A DNA stretch of 64,000 nt from the human T2T-CHM13v2.0 reference genome, Homo sapiens: assembly GCF_009914755.1 (NCBI RefSeq), contig NC_060937.1; one strand, 5' to 3'. Under the pieces are notes generated by a model, which was not told where the DNA came from, ran no database searches, and saw only the letters and a list, made by a program, of their open reading frames with translations. The position numbers and the translations under genes are program-made. Of this stretch, positions 1 through 12,863 are shown piece by piece; position 1 is the stretch's first letter, and every line of letters starts with the position of its first letter.

Positions 1-680
1 AGCTTCTACCAAGAAGATACAGCAATTTTAAATTTCTAAGCACTTAACATCATAGACTCAAAACATATAAAACAAAAAGACAAAACTAAAAAAAGTAAAA
101 ATGCATAATCTTTGTGGGGGATTTTAATACATTAATATATTTAATATATTTCTCAAAGCAGACATAAAGTCAATAAAGATATAAAATATATGAACCACAC
201 AATTAAATAACTTAACCTAACTGAGATACACTAGTTACTACACCCCAAAATTAAATAATACGCAGTCTTTTGAAATTTGCTTGAAAAACTTACCAAAATA
301 GATCCTAGTCCATGCCCTGGGAATATTTCAAAAGGCTGAAATCTTACAGTGTCTATTCTTTAATCAATGACAGAAAGGAATTAGAAAATCTGTGAATGCT
401 TGGAAATTAAGCACCAAAAATGCTTGGAAATTAAGCACTACACATACACAGTCCAAACACTGTACAGCCTCCAAAAATATACATATCTAAGGACTCATAC
501 AATGAATTAGAGTGGGTGTCAGCGGACAGAGAATAGTAAATAAGGAAATAAAAAATAAATAAAATGTAACCAACAGACAGGCCATGCACAGCATGATAAT
601 TTTGGTGACTCATGACCCAAAAAGTATGTTGAATTCAACCCTGTACACCTGAGGTCAAAAATTAAATAAATAAATAATTT
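1..680 (+). mobile_element. Old L1M fragment: degenerate ORF2 endonuclease region joined to an L1MC-like 3' end
   Basis: Degenerate EN motifs (GTGGGGGATTTTAATAC ~ VGDFN, CTACACCCC ~ LHP, AAAATAGATC ~ KID, TGGAAATTA ~ WKL), followed by an L1MC-like terminus CCTGTACACCTGAGGTC and an A-rich tail. Confidence 0.7.
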
Positions 681-819
681 TATAAAGAATTAACTTCTAG
701 AAATCAGAAAATCTAAATCCTAGCATATTCCAAATATACTGTCAAGTCAATGTCTTTGGGCTTCATGTTTGGCATCTACAGAGGATGAATACTAATATTA
801 ATGAATAGTCTTTGTATCT

Positions 820-920
820 CACCCATCAATTCAACAAGCAGCCATTGAATATGTTATGTGGCAGACACTGCACCAGTTGGTGGGGACACAGTTCCAGCTC
901 TCAAGCCTCTTATTCCTCAA
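820..920 (-). mobile_element. L2 3'-end fragment
   Basis: ATTCAACAAG...ATTGA...TATGTGGCAGACACTG...TGGGGACACAG resembles the reverse-complemented L2 terminus. Confidence 0.55.
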
Positions 921-1060
921 GGACACCGATGTCATACAAAGCAAAAGAAGGAAATTTTGTAATAACAACCACAAAGCAAAATTGCACAGAAGCCACGGGT
1001 TACACAACAAAGTTCCAGGTATTTGATAACTGATTTTGACCTGGCTGAGGAGGACCTACC

Positions 1061-1387
1061 TTTTTTTTTTTGAGACAGCGTCTCACCCTGTCACCCAGGT
1101 TGGAATGCAGTGGTGCAGTCATGACTCACTACAGCCTCCACCTCCCTGGGCTAAGTTGATCCTCCCACCTCAGCCTCCCAAGTAGCTGGGACTACAGGCA
1201 CACACCACCGTGCCCGGCTAACTACAGGCACACAACACCATGCCAGACTAATTCTGTATTTTGTAACTTTTGTATTTTTGTTTCACCATGTTGCCTAGGC
1301 TGCTCTCAAACCCCTGGCCTCAGAAGATTCACCGGTCTTGGCCTCCCAAAGTGCTGGGATTACAGGCATGAGCCACCATGACCAGCC
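1061..1387 (-). mobile_element. Alu (AluJ-like)
   Basis: Poly-T followed by an antisense Alu dimer; TSD AGGACCTA(C/T)C at 1051-1060 and 1388-1397; internal 30-bp duplication. Confidence 0.97.
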
Positions 1388-1409
1388 AGGACCTATCTTC
1401 TGATCCTGG

Positions 1410-1536
1410 GAATGCTATGCAACATGTGAGCTCCTTCAGGGCAGGGGCAAAGGATTTTCGATTCTGCAATTCCAATGTTTAGCCAAACAAGAGCGTATTA
1501 CGTTTTTGTTGAATGAATGAATGAATGAATGAATGA
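1410..1536 (+). mobile_element. L2 3' end with (GAAT)n tail
   Basis: TGTGAGCTCCTTCAGGGCAGGG...TTTGTTGAATGAATGAATG, typical of the L2 terminus. Confidence 0.7.
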
Positions 1537-2294
1537 AGAATGGATGTCAGTTTGAGCCAGTATTCCAAGTTCTATATTTCTACATCAAGATCCAGGTATA
1601 GAAAGAACTGGGGCCTGTGACTGGAGGCAGACTTTACTGCATCCACAAGCAGGTAAACATCATTTGGTGCTGAACTCGAGACAATGTCCAACCCCACACG
1701 CAGTCATAATTCCAGGACTTACATCAGAGCATTGGAGAATTTCATTATCTGTCGGCCAACTGTGAATCAAATGCACACAATGCTGAGAAAGAACCACCCA
1801 TCGTAAAGCCTTAAAAAATAACCTGCTTTCCAATGCATATGCGGGAATAAATAAGCACCTACCAGAGTGCTTGCTGACAATATGAGCAGGAGGATACCCT
1901 CCCCATAAGGTTCTTGGAAGAATGACATGAAGTGTAAAAGGCCTGACAACTAGAGGTGCTCAATAAATATTTGCTACTAAATACACAGTGGGTATTCTGT
2001 AAATATGAGTTTTTCTTCTCCCTCCTTTCTCACACTCTCCCACCTTTCCAAGAGAGGCAGGTAACCATGAAATAGAGAAATACTTTGAGGAATTTTCCTG
2101 CACAATTCTAGCTATATTGAACTGAAGAAAAACATAGCCACTGTTGTAGCATGGAGAGGCCAGGGATACTGGGTGCCACAGGGGGATTCTGGAAGAAGGA
2201 GAGACTAGATTTGGGGAAAGAACCATCTGTCTCTGCAAAAGGCCCCAACTTTCCTTCAAAAACTTATTTTCTATTAGGCCTTTGCCCAAACTTA

Positions 2295-2425
2295 ACAACA
2301 GATATTTATGTAAAACTGCCTATGTGCCAGGCACTCTTCTAAGTGCTTTACATAGAATCCTAACAACAGTCCAATGAAACAAGTACCATTATCATCCCCA
2401 TTTTATAGATGCAGATGCTAAGAAC
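2295..2425 (-). mobile_element. MIR
   Basis: TATGTGCCAGGCACT...AAGTGCTTTACA...ATTATCATCCCCATTTTATAGATG (MIR core, antisense). Confidence 0.85.
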
Positions 2426-2539
2426 TAGAAGGATGAAGAAGTCCAGAGAGTCTCAAAACTGCTTGGGATTTATATCAGTACCTCTAGGAAATGTGTTAAA
2501 ATGTAAATTCACATCCTCCAGGATTAGGCAAAGTAACTA

Positions 2540-2830
2540 AGAAAAAAGAAAATTGAGGACTGACAAGAAGACCAAAGGTGGAACCCTGAGAAACAGCAGC
2601 TACATTTATGGGACAGATGGAGGAAGAATTGACCTCAGGGTGTGGTGTGAGAAGGTAGCAGGAGAGCCAAGGCAGGGTGCTGTCTTGGCCATTCAGGGAA
2701 GGGTGTTCAAATAATGAGGTCACGTCAACCATTTCAGGAAGGTATTGGGAAGTGTTTGCTGGGATTGGCAATTAGCAGGTCACTTACAACTTTGTTGAGA
2801 AGAGTTTTAGTGTCGTGCTGGGGAAAGAAT
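2540..2830 (-). mobile_element. L2 fragment
   Basis: Purine-rich antisense L2 pattern including GGATTGGCAATTAGCAGGTCACT...AGAGTTTTAGTG. Confidence 0.6.
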
Positions 2831-2870
2831 AATGGTCTCATCCTCAAATACCTTGTAAGACCCTTGAAGG

Positions 2871-2872
<2 letters not shown>

Positions 2873-2905
<33 letters not shown>
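2873..2905. repeat. (TC)n microsatellite
   Basis: About 16 TC units read directly from the sequence. Confidence 0.98.
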
Positions 2906-2907
<2 letters not shown>

Positions 2908-5799
2908 GTCTGTTATCTTTGACCAGGCTTATACATAGTAAGTGCTCATTTTGCTGATTTTGCCATTGCTGACAAAGATAATGACATTCTACTATTGCTG
3001 TTATGAAGTCAAGAGCAAAAGATGGTGTGTATGTGAGTTGAGATTTCGAAAATATGGGTGCAGGAGGCAATTACCCCTCAATTTCAGTTAGGTAGGAAAG
3101 GGGGCAGGCAGACAGAGCTTCCTGCATTGCAGAGAGAGATGACCACAGGATGCCCCATAGACAGAGACCAACTCTACTCAGCCAGAGAGAGAAACTGCAG
3201 TTCTCCGATAGTAAATGCAGTTGTCCCCTCTTATGGAGACTCAGCTGCCAAAAACTTAGGTGAAGGTTCAAGGTCACTGTGAACCCAGGGCCACCCTGAA
3301 ATGCTGTCCATTTGTCTGCCTCTAGTCCTTTTTCGGCTTCTAAAGTCCAATCATTCTTTGCCCTTATAACCACTCTGGTGTGTCTTGGAGAGAAAACACA
3401 GTTCTTCATGGTTTGCCAGTAGTCGAGGGAGGAATCTGAAAGCTGACTGTTTCTCCCACAGCTTCAGGAGCATTAAAACTTCAAAAGAGGAACTATTTAT
3501 GCTGTCATTACCACAGCGGTCACTTCTGCAGGATTTCTTTCTCTGATGCAGCACTGGTTGGACACACTTGGCCCAGGGCCGAGAGGGGAGAGGAGGGCGT
3601 TACAGAGACACTGAGTCATCCTGCCTCCTCCACGCCCTCCGCAGCTGCCCCTCACTGCACTTCCTCCTCCTCCTCAAGTTAAAGGTCAGCCTCTCATGCT
3701 CGTGCCAAGTTTTGCGAAACACACATACGCCAAAAAAAAAAAAAAAAAAAAAAAGGCTTCAGAAAGGGTAAATTTTTTAACATGAAAAGAAATAAGGAAA
3801 GCCTCCTTCAAAAATACATGCAAAAATAAGTAATCCTTCCCCCATACTACTTAATAACTCCAGAATGATAAAAATTTTCCAATTGTGAATATGTAAGGAA
3901 TAAAATAAAAGGAATGAATGCCCCACTGTGTCAATGCAGCCCTTTTTAAAATGATCCTAATTTCTTCCAGAAGGCTCTGGAGGGTAGATTGCAAGGTTTG
4001 TCTTAATATAGAATTATTCCCTTCTCTCCGCTTGTCTTTAGAACCAGTGTGAACATGGTGATATTTTACAGTTGGCAACCTGTACTTCGCTGCTCAAAAA
4101 TGCTGCATTCCAAGGGCTACAATCATGCATTGTGCATTTGAAATGCCTGTTGCTAAGAACAAATATCAACCCCAGGACGACCCCACTCAGCAGATCGGCC
4201 AACTCCCGCACAGAGCTGTTTCCCGACCTCTGGTCAGAGACAGGAAGCCCATTGGACCCTAGGCCCAGGCAAGTGCGGAGGGTTCCCAGGCAGGTGACAT
4301 GGTAAAATGTAGACGACTAGCTCTCTGTCTGTCTTCAGGATAACGTCTGCCTCCCACCCTTCCTGGTCCCAGCTTCGGAATGTATGCAGCCCTTTTATGT
4401 GCATTGCCAGGAGGCTTGTGAAGTAGATTGGACAGAGGTTTTACAGCATTGTTCCTATTTAACTGATCAAGGACTGAACCTTGTAGTTTAACAACATGAA
4501 GTTGTACGGGAACAACTAAGCAGTTGCTGGACTAAAACCCTCAGCTTCCGAATCGCAGCCCCATTAAACTCACTTCCAGCCCCGTTGTACCCTCTTTCCC
4601 CATGAGGCCGCCCCAGTGGTGCTGAAAACAGGGACTGACCTGGTTGCAACGGGAGCCTGGGGTCCTGTTCTTTGCATGTTCCCACACTGCCCTTAAAGGC
4701 TGACTGCACCGTGGGCACTGTACATCTGCAGATCACTCGCTTTCGACATTCAGAGACCTCCATCTCATGGCAGGGTTGCCCGTGTCCACACCTCGCACTT
4801 CTCCCATGCCACTTACAGCCTGTTTCAGATTAGTTTTAACAATTGTTTTCTGGAGATTTTCCAAACTTTCCTCAGCCAAACAATCAGGGAAAGGGATAGG
4901 CCTGGCGCCGTGCAGAGGAATGGAGCCCTTCCCGCCCTGGAGCCACCTCCAACAGAGGCAACTCCGTGTACGGTGAACATTACCCTAACTGGTGAAAGTG
5001 ATGATGTTCAATTATGTTGTATGTTATGTGCTTTTGTTTTTTGCACTTCTCTGTAAATGTCCTTCTTCCTAGTGAGTGGAGGGGTGTTGGGGGCGGAGTA
5101 CTAGGATGTGAAAGTAAACACCAAGAGAAAGGTACAGGTTCAACGTGAGCATCTACAATAGGATTATCAAACCTGCAGAAAGGCTTTGTTAGGAGAGAAA
5201 GGGGTTTCCTCAATCCCTCTTTCTACCTTTCTTTAACATTTCAGAAGGCAAGTCTGGCAAACCTGCTCCCGGAGTTCTACCTGAGAGACATCTCACCCAT
5301 TCTCCTGATGAATGGAGAGAAGAAGGAAGACAAAGAGAGAGGGAGAAATTTGGGGACAAGGAATGTGATCCCCACCCCCTAAGTCCCACATCTCTCAAAG
5401 GGGGTCTCAGGGGCTTTACAGGCACTGGGTTAGGTATGGGGAGCCCAAACCATCGGCTGAGCGCATGCTGCTGGGACCTTCCAGGGCAGTCTGCCATTTG
5501 CAACATGAAGCAGGAACAGTGGTGCCCAGGAGGCATGGGATGCGACGAGATGGATCATTGGAGGACATGGCCTGGGTCTCCATGGCTGGTGGACTGCAGG
5601 TCAGGGCCCAGAAGTTCCCCATGCCTCTGTGAATACAAGTGGAAGTGATGAGAGGCAGCTGGGTTGGCATCGACCTGGATGGGAGTGAAGAGGCCACAGG
5701 GGGAGGCTGTGAGAGAAAACACATGGCCACCACCATGTTACAAGAAAGTCACGGTATTAACTACAATCACATTTGGGCACTACCTTCAAGTAACAAGCA

Positions 5800-6544
5800 G
5801 AATCACCACTCCCCTACCTCCACCAATATCACCCTGGCCCAAGTCAGTTTTGTCTCCCATCCTGACTTCCTTTCTTGCTGCATCCGCCTCCTTACTGGCC
5901 ATGTTGTTTCCACTCTTGGCCCTTGCAGTCTATTTTTCACCTAGGAGCCAGAGTGACTCCTTTAAAAATGTAGCAAAGACCGTGACACTTCTCAAGTCAA
6001 AACCCTCCAATGACTTCCCAATTGATTTGAAATATAAAGTCCTCACTATAGCCAATAGGATGCTACATGATCTGGCTTCTGTCTCCCTCTCAAACTCCAT
6101 TTCCTACTGGGTCACCCTCTCCCACTCCACTGCAGTCCAGGAAGACCTGGCTGACCCACAGACACGCCAAGCATGTTCCCAGCTGAGGCTTTCTGCACTT
6201 GCCTGTCCATCTGCCTGGAATGTTCTTCTCTCAAGATCCTCTTGGCTTGCACCTTCATTTCACTCAGGTCTCTTCTGTCACCTCCTAGGCCAGGCTGTGC
6301 TTAAACCACTCTTCCCAAAGTAGCACCCTGCCTGGGTTACTCCCTACCCTATTTCTTTATACTGCTTCATTCTTCCTAATGCCTACCACCAATGACATTT
6401 ATATTGATTTGCTCCCTCTCTGTCTCTCCAAACTAGAAAGGAGGCTTTGTGGGGAAAAAGACTGTTGTTCACCGCCTGTCTCCAGCACTAGTACGCTGCC
6501 TGGTGCATAGTACATGCTCAGTGAACATTTGTTGAATGAATAAA
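5800..6544 (+). mobile_element. L2 (L2a-like) 3' portion
   Basis: GCCAGAGTGA...AAAACCCTCCAATGACTTCCCA...CTGCCTGGAATGTTCTT...TGCCTGGTGCATAGTACATGCTCAGTGAACATTTGTTGAATGAAT. Confidence 0.88.
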
Positions 6545-9070
6545 AGTGGCACACCCAGGATCTGTAAACTTCAGAGCTCATGCTCTCAACCACTTTTCTA
6601 TGCCACTCCCCGGTATGGGACATGTTGATCAATCCAAAGAGCAGCTGTAAGCAATGGACACACACACAGGTGTGCTTGGCAGTCCTCAATAAATCTCTGT
6701 TCAAGAGAAGGCACATCCAGGATGAAAGCCTCAGTTATTCAGCTTCTAGGGATGGGGAATATATGAATTATAGAAAGGTCAGTCAGCTAATAAAGTGCAA
6801 AACTATTAAACGTCTAATTCACTATCATGATACCTGTTCTACACTCCTTACACCACTAAATGCCATTTGAAATTACCACGTGTATTCGTTGTTTATTTGT
6901 TTATCATCTGTTTCCTTTATTACCATGTAAGCTTTATGAGAGGACACAGTTTGCCTTCAATGTGGAATGATCGGAACAATAAATATATTAATGAATTCAT
7001 GCAACTGATTTGTTTAGTTCTGTTTCCACAACTCCCAAACAACTTCCAAATTATAATTTTACTTCACAGAAAGATGATGTCCAGATCAAACTAATGCAAA
7101 TATAATACTCACTGAGTAATTAATATAGTGGTGTTTTCATCTATACATCAGTTTCTTAAAGCTTGATTAGTGTGAATCTGTCTTTGAAAATCAACCTTAG
7201 TCTCAACATGCAAAAAAAATAAAAATCAGAAGACCAGTCTCTGAAATAGAATGAAGTCACCAAAATAAACTTCTCTTTAAGAGGCTTCAGGACTGTTGCA
7301 ATAAATTAGAAGAAAGGTAGAATGAAATCCTTTGATTAATATCAGTCACTTTTCTCATGATTCTAATTTATTCCAACCAATAGGGCAAAGGAAGATTTCA
7401 CACAGAGGGAGGTGATCTTTGCGATTTTGTAGATCTTAAAATCCAGTATTGAGAAGTTTAGGAGAAAAAAGTGCCATGATTGATTGGTGATGTCTGCCAT
7501 GGCACAGGAAGAAGGAGGGTGGCATTTACACCACAAATCTGACATCCCTCACCTAGACAGTCTTTAGTCTTCCCATTCCCTTCAAAAGTTAAGACATCTT
7601 TTCAGAGTCCCTGATTACAGAGCACCACAAAAATCTAATCAAGGGAGTCATCCATCTGGGATTCTCTACTTCCCTTTCCTTGTTGTTTCCTGGATTATTC
7701 ATGTAGGAAAATTACTTTTCATCCTTCAATTCCTACCAAGTTTGTTTCCTTGTTCACAGGGAGCCAGCTAGACTCTCTCAGACCCTCCAGTAGAAAACGA
7801 TAATCTATGGACAGTTATTTGTTTGCAAAATCCTGTGCACTTTGGTTCCACAGCCCAGCATTCAAGTTGAGAACAAGAACATTCCATCTCAACTTTTTAT
7901 TGGTATTACTCATGTATGCTTCAACTCATCTCCTTACACTCTGCTTCTAAAATTAGGCATTGGAACAAATGCCATTCCTGCGTCAGATGGGTTTGTTTTT
8001 CTTATCTCATAGGTCAAGAAGACATCCTCCACTCCTGCTTCCTGACCCGCCTGGACTACCTGGAAAAAAAAAATCGTAAGCATCTTATCAGTAGCCAAGT
8101 TTTCTCATTGGGGGCTATAACCCTCATGTGACTAAAGAGAAGCCCAAAGCGTGCCGGAGCTTGAAGAGCAGAAGGCCTTTCAGAAACAATCACTAAATAC
8201 AACTCAAGACTGAAAGCTCAACTTTCGGAGTATGATTCTATTTCACTTCTCATTATGCTACAACTGGACCCTTAGGGCTTATTAGAAATTTCTTTTGGGG
8301 GACCCAGCCATGTGTGTACCCATAACAAAGAATGATCTTTGTCTGGAAAGGTTGTCCTCTCAAACCCAACATGCAGCTGCAGGAGATCTGGGCCATGGAA
8401 GGGAAAGGACAAGTCTATCCAGGGAACATGATTAGCAAGCAATGCAGTGACAAAAGTAGCAGCTACATTGCCCCTGGATCTGTATCTAATTCTCAGGGAA
8501 CAAAAACTTTTTTCACAATATTATTTATTTCTCACTTTCATCTCTAAGGCAAGACAATCAATTCTATGAAGGTAGGGCCCATGTCTTTTTTTTTTTTTTT
8601 TGTATTTATTTCTAAAATGAGCTTCCAGTAAATATTTATACTTTGACAGTAGGGTGGGCATGATAACCATTTTATAGATGGGGACAGGAGACAGCTAAGG
8701 TTGTCTGGCTACTACCTAGAAGCTTGATGACTGAATTAACAAATTACTAGTGAAGAGTAAAGAGTACACAAAGAGATGACCTGACTTCTAACCTCAACGC
8801 AAACATTTAAAACATGACTCGTACACTGGTAAAAGGTAATATCTCCTTTCCTTAGAGTACTAGAACATTCCATTTTACTCCAGTCTTCCCAACTTCACAC
8901 AACTGCTACCCCATGAGGGTATATCATATTTGGGTTATCCACAGCTAGTATGGTCTCAATAGCCAACGGATGGAAAGAAAGGAAATATTAAGGATCCTTT
9001 GGAAAGTGAAGAAAACACACTTTCTGAACATAGTATGAGTTAGAATCATCAAATTAAGACACCAGTAATT

Positions 9071-9381
9071 AGCTGGGCATGGTGGCTCACACCTGTAATC
9101 CCAGCAGTTTGGGAGGCGTAGGTGGTCAGATTGCTTGAGTCCAGGATTTCAATACTAGGCTGAGCAACATGGTAAAACCCCGTCTCCCTGGAAAAAAAAA
9201 ATGCAAAAATTAGCTGGGTGTGTTGGCACATGCTTGTGGTCCCAGCTACTTGGGAGGCTGAACAGGGAGGACCACTTGAGCCCAGGAGGCAGAGGATGCA
9301 GTGAGCCGTGACTGCGCCACTGCGCTCCAGCCTAGAGGACAGAGTGAGACCCTGTCTCAAAAAAAAGAAAAAGAGAAAGAC
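9071..9381 (+). mobile_element. Alu (AluJ-like)
   Basis: Full dimer with A-rich tail; TSD AAGACACCAGTAA at 9056-9068 and 9382-9394. Confidence 0.97.
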
Positions 9382-9383
9382 AA

Positions 9384-9451
9384 GACACCAGTAAATATTC
9401 AAAAGGAGCTAATATTTACTGATTAGCTCCTTTTGAATATTTACTGGTGTC
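9384..9451. repeat. Perfect inverted repeat, 30-bp arms, 8-nt loop
   Basis: GACACCAGTAAATATTCAAAAGGAGCTAAT (9384-9413) is the exact reverse complement of 9422-9451. Confidence 0.97.
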
Positions 9452-10169
9452 GAGCATTTTATAATAAAATGTCTCACTTAAATATGTTGTTTTTTACTTC
9501 TAATCATGTAGATATTTTCATATTTTTGTTCTCATGGAGTTCTAGATCTAGAAACTTTGTGAGACGGTCTGTAAATAGAAATGGGGCGATCCACAGATTG
9601 ATCAATTGTTCCCCCATCTCCTTTAAAAACATAATTTAAGCCTTGATTCTGTATAAATTATGTTAAAATAAACACAAATATTTATGATAAAAGGAAGAAC
9701 AGAATAAAATTTCAGTGACACCACTAAATCTAATGGCACATGAGCTATTTAGAATAACGTTTATGAGCATTTTTACAATCGGGAATTATTTTAACATGAC
9801 TCATTAGGTTGACGGGCTCCTCTTAAGAGGAAGTCACGTTGAATCTATGGATTTTTGAAGTGTTCATCCAGGCCTTGATCAGGCTGTGGGCAGACACCTC
9901 AGATCAGAGTCACCCAGGCCAACACCAATTGTTTGGTTGTAGTTTGTTTTGTTTTACACCAGATGGTAAGTGGTTGAGAGCACATCTTGCCCTTGCCGTC
10001 TCAAAAATCAACACTTCATTTATAAGAAACAGGACTATTTACACGAGTTTAAAACGGAGTTTCTTTGTGGAAAATCTGTTCTGATCAATTAAAAAATACA
10101 CTTTGATTCTCACCTGTTTTCTCATCAGCTTCCCCAAGTAGGAGGATGCATTGACTCCATGTTGAGTGT

Positions 10170-10402
10170 TTATAGCTAATAGCATAGATACCATATTTTA
10201 AGCACCTGCCATGTTTTAGATAGTTAGCTCAATTATCCACATTCCTCCCATGTGAGGTAGCATTATTTCCCCTTGTTTTAGAGATGAAGAAACATCTCTA
10301 AAAGAGATGAGGCATATCAAGGTTAAGGAACTTGGCCAGAATCACCCAGACAGAAGAAAGCTGTGGAACTAGAATCTCAAACCAGGTCTTCTAGATCCCA
10401 GA
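10170..10402 (-). mobile_element. MIR
   Basis: TTAAGCACCTGCCATG...TTTTAGAGATGAAGAAAC...AGGTTAAGGAACTTGGCC...AAACCAGGTCTTCT. Confidence 0.75.
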
Positions 10403-11020
10403 CTTATTGTCAAGCTGAGGTGGGCCAGTACTCATCGGCACAGTCCCAGAACAAAACTCAGGAGATATGAGTCTGTAGCCAGAGTGTGACTTAACTCACA
10501 GGGAAAAGACAGGTGTCTGTGTCCCCGCCAAGACTTGCAGCCTGGCTGAGCTGTCTGGGGTTTGCTGGGGCAGAAAGAAGCATTCACCTTCACTACAGAA
10601 TGAAGTTCATCATAGATTAAAAGAGGTGAGCAGGAATGACCAACTAGGGAGAAGCAATGTTACACTTTGAGCAACTTCATATCTGCTCACCTACCTTTAA
10701 GTGCTAGCAGCAGACAAACGGCCACCACTAACAGCACCAGGACTGCTACCATCACTGCCACTGCCAGCACCGTGAAAATGCCAGTGCCACTCAGCTCTGC
10801 CACCCCTAGCACCAACTCATTCCCACTCTCCTTTATCTCTTTTGTTCACTGGCTTTTTTGGTCTTTCCCATCCCCTCTTCCTCGACTGTCTCCCACTAAC
10901 CAACACAAAACCAGGGAGGTTGTTATCACCAGCACAGGAAAAAAGAAATCATTCTGTTTCTTGTTCAACTCCCACTCAGTCCTTGGCAGGATTATAGACC
11001 TAAACGAGGATGTTTACTGA

Positions 11021-11505
<485 letters not shown>

Positions 11506-11804
11506 CAGATGTTGTGGGGAGGGAGAATTTGGCATAGTTCCAAGATAGTTGCATCTGTATCTGAACCTAGAGGCAATCAAGTGTGGGGCAACCTAGCATC
11601 TCCTCTCCAGCTGGCCACTCTCAAGTCTAAGTCCCTTCCTGACTGCTGATACCTGGTAATATGGGGACCACTGGCAAGAAAGGGTATGTGAATTGAAAGA
11701 ACAGGACACGGAGATCACAGGGAAGATGTGAGTGGCATTGGTGATTGTGTGTGGGGAAAGAAATGTGAATTTCAGCAAGCCTCTCATTTGTGAAGGCCTG
11801 AAAA

Positions 11805-12345
11805 AATTTAAACAGGAAGCAAAATTATTTCAGGTATATTAAGCAGAAAGATATTTAATACAGGGAATTGGGTGCTTACAAAGTCTTTGGAAGGGCTGAA
11901 AGACAAGTTGTGGATGACCCTTACAGCAATGACTCCCAGAACAACACAGATTGTCTCAATGGGTTAGCTGTTACTCTGAGGCTTCTACTGAAGCTATGGA
12001 TTCAAGACCCTCTCCCATAGCTGTGATCCAGAGATCAAGAGGCCACAATCAGGAAGCCACCACAGCTGCTTCTCTCTCTGCAACTGTGTCTCAATGCCCA
12101 GGAAGCTGAAGAAGGCATACTGCAATGCTGCTGCAGGACAATCTCATTGAAAAAGAAAAAAGAAAGAAAGATGGCTTCCACTTCACTTCTGCCTTCCAGA
12201 TCTGAAGCCTAGGAGTACACAATTATCAGAACCTAATTCTATTCAGAATCCTAGCTGCCAGGGAATCTGGCATATGTCAATTTTAAATTTCCAGTGCCTC
12301 CAACTAGAAGGAAAGCAAAATGGAGCTTGAGCAAGCAATCCACAG
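11805..12345 (-). mobile_element. Old ERVL-MaLR (MLT1-type) LTR
   Basis: TTAAGCAGAAAGATATTTAATACAGGGAATTGGG...CTTCTGCCTTCCAGATCT...CCTAGCTGCCAGGGAATCTGG resembles ancient MLT1 LTRs. Confidence 0.6.
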
Positions 12346-12863
12346 CACCCACTGCTTCTAAGACCTTTGAAATCCACAAGTTAAGGCTCCCTGAATTTGC
12401 CAAATTTCTTCTTCCTGCCAACCTCTATATTGATTTTTCATTGTCCAAAATCTAACACTTTATATAATCAAGACATGTTGTCTTTTTAGCTCCTACTATT
12501 TTGATTTAAAAAATCCTTCTTATCTTGTTCTAATACATCTTAAATCTCAACTACATGGATGCTTATCTTTTCTCTTTTGTAATATGTGATTTGACTTATT
12601 TTTTACATATGAATTTGTCTAACTCTGATAAACTTTGAGTTTACCCTTGGAAACTAATTTAGGATGAAGATTACATAAAAGACACTGGACAATCTTTTAT
12701 CTGGCCAATCACATACCTTCAATTGATATGGGGGAGAAAATGGAGCAGAGAAATTCTCTATTTTATTTTAAGATTGCTACCAAGAAGATTCTCTAACATC
12801 ACTAGATTCATATTTCTATTCATTTTGCCTTAAATGGATTCATGTTAAGGTTTTGTGAGGGGG

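Noticed and set aside
4600-4625. CTCF-like motif GGCCGCCCCAGTGGTG
   Set aside because: Mismatches at core positions of the CCASYAGRKGGC consensus
5664-6323. 219-aa plus-strand ORF
   Set aside because: Lies almost entirely within an L2 element, has a non-ATG start and shows no recognisable host-protein domain
10725-10815. Thr/Ala-rich ORF segment (TATTNSTRTATITATAST)
   Set aside because: Degenerate CAC/CAG/CTG trinucleotide low-complexity sequence with no splice or domain support
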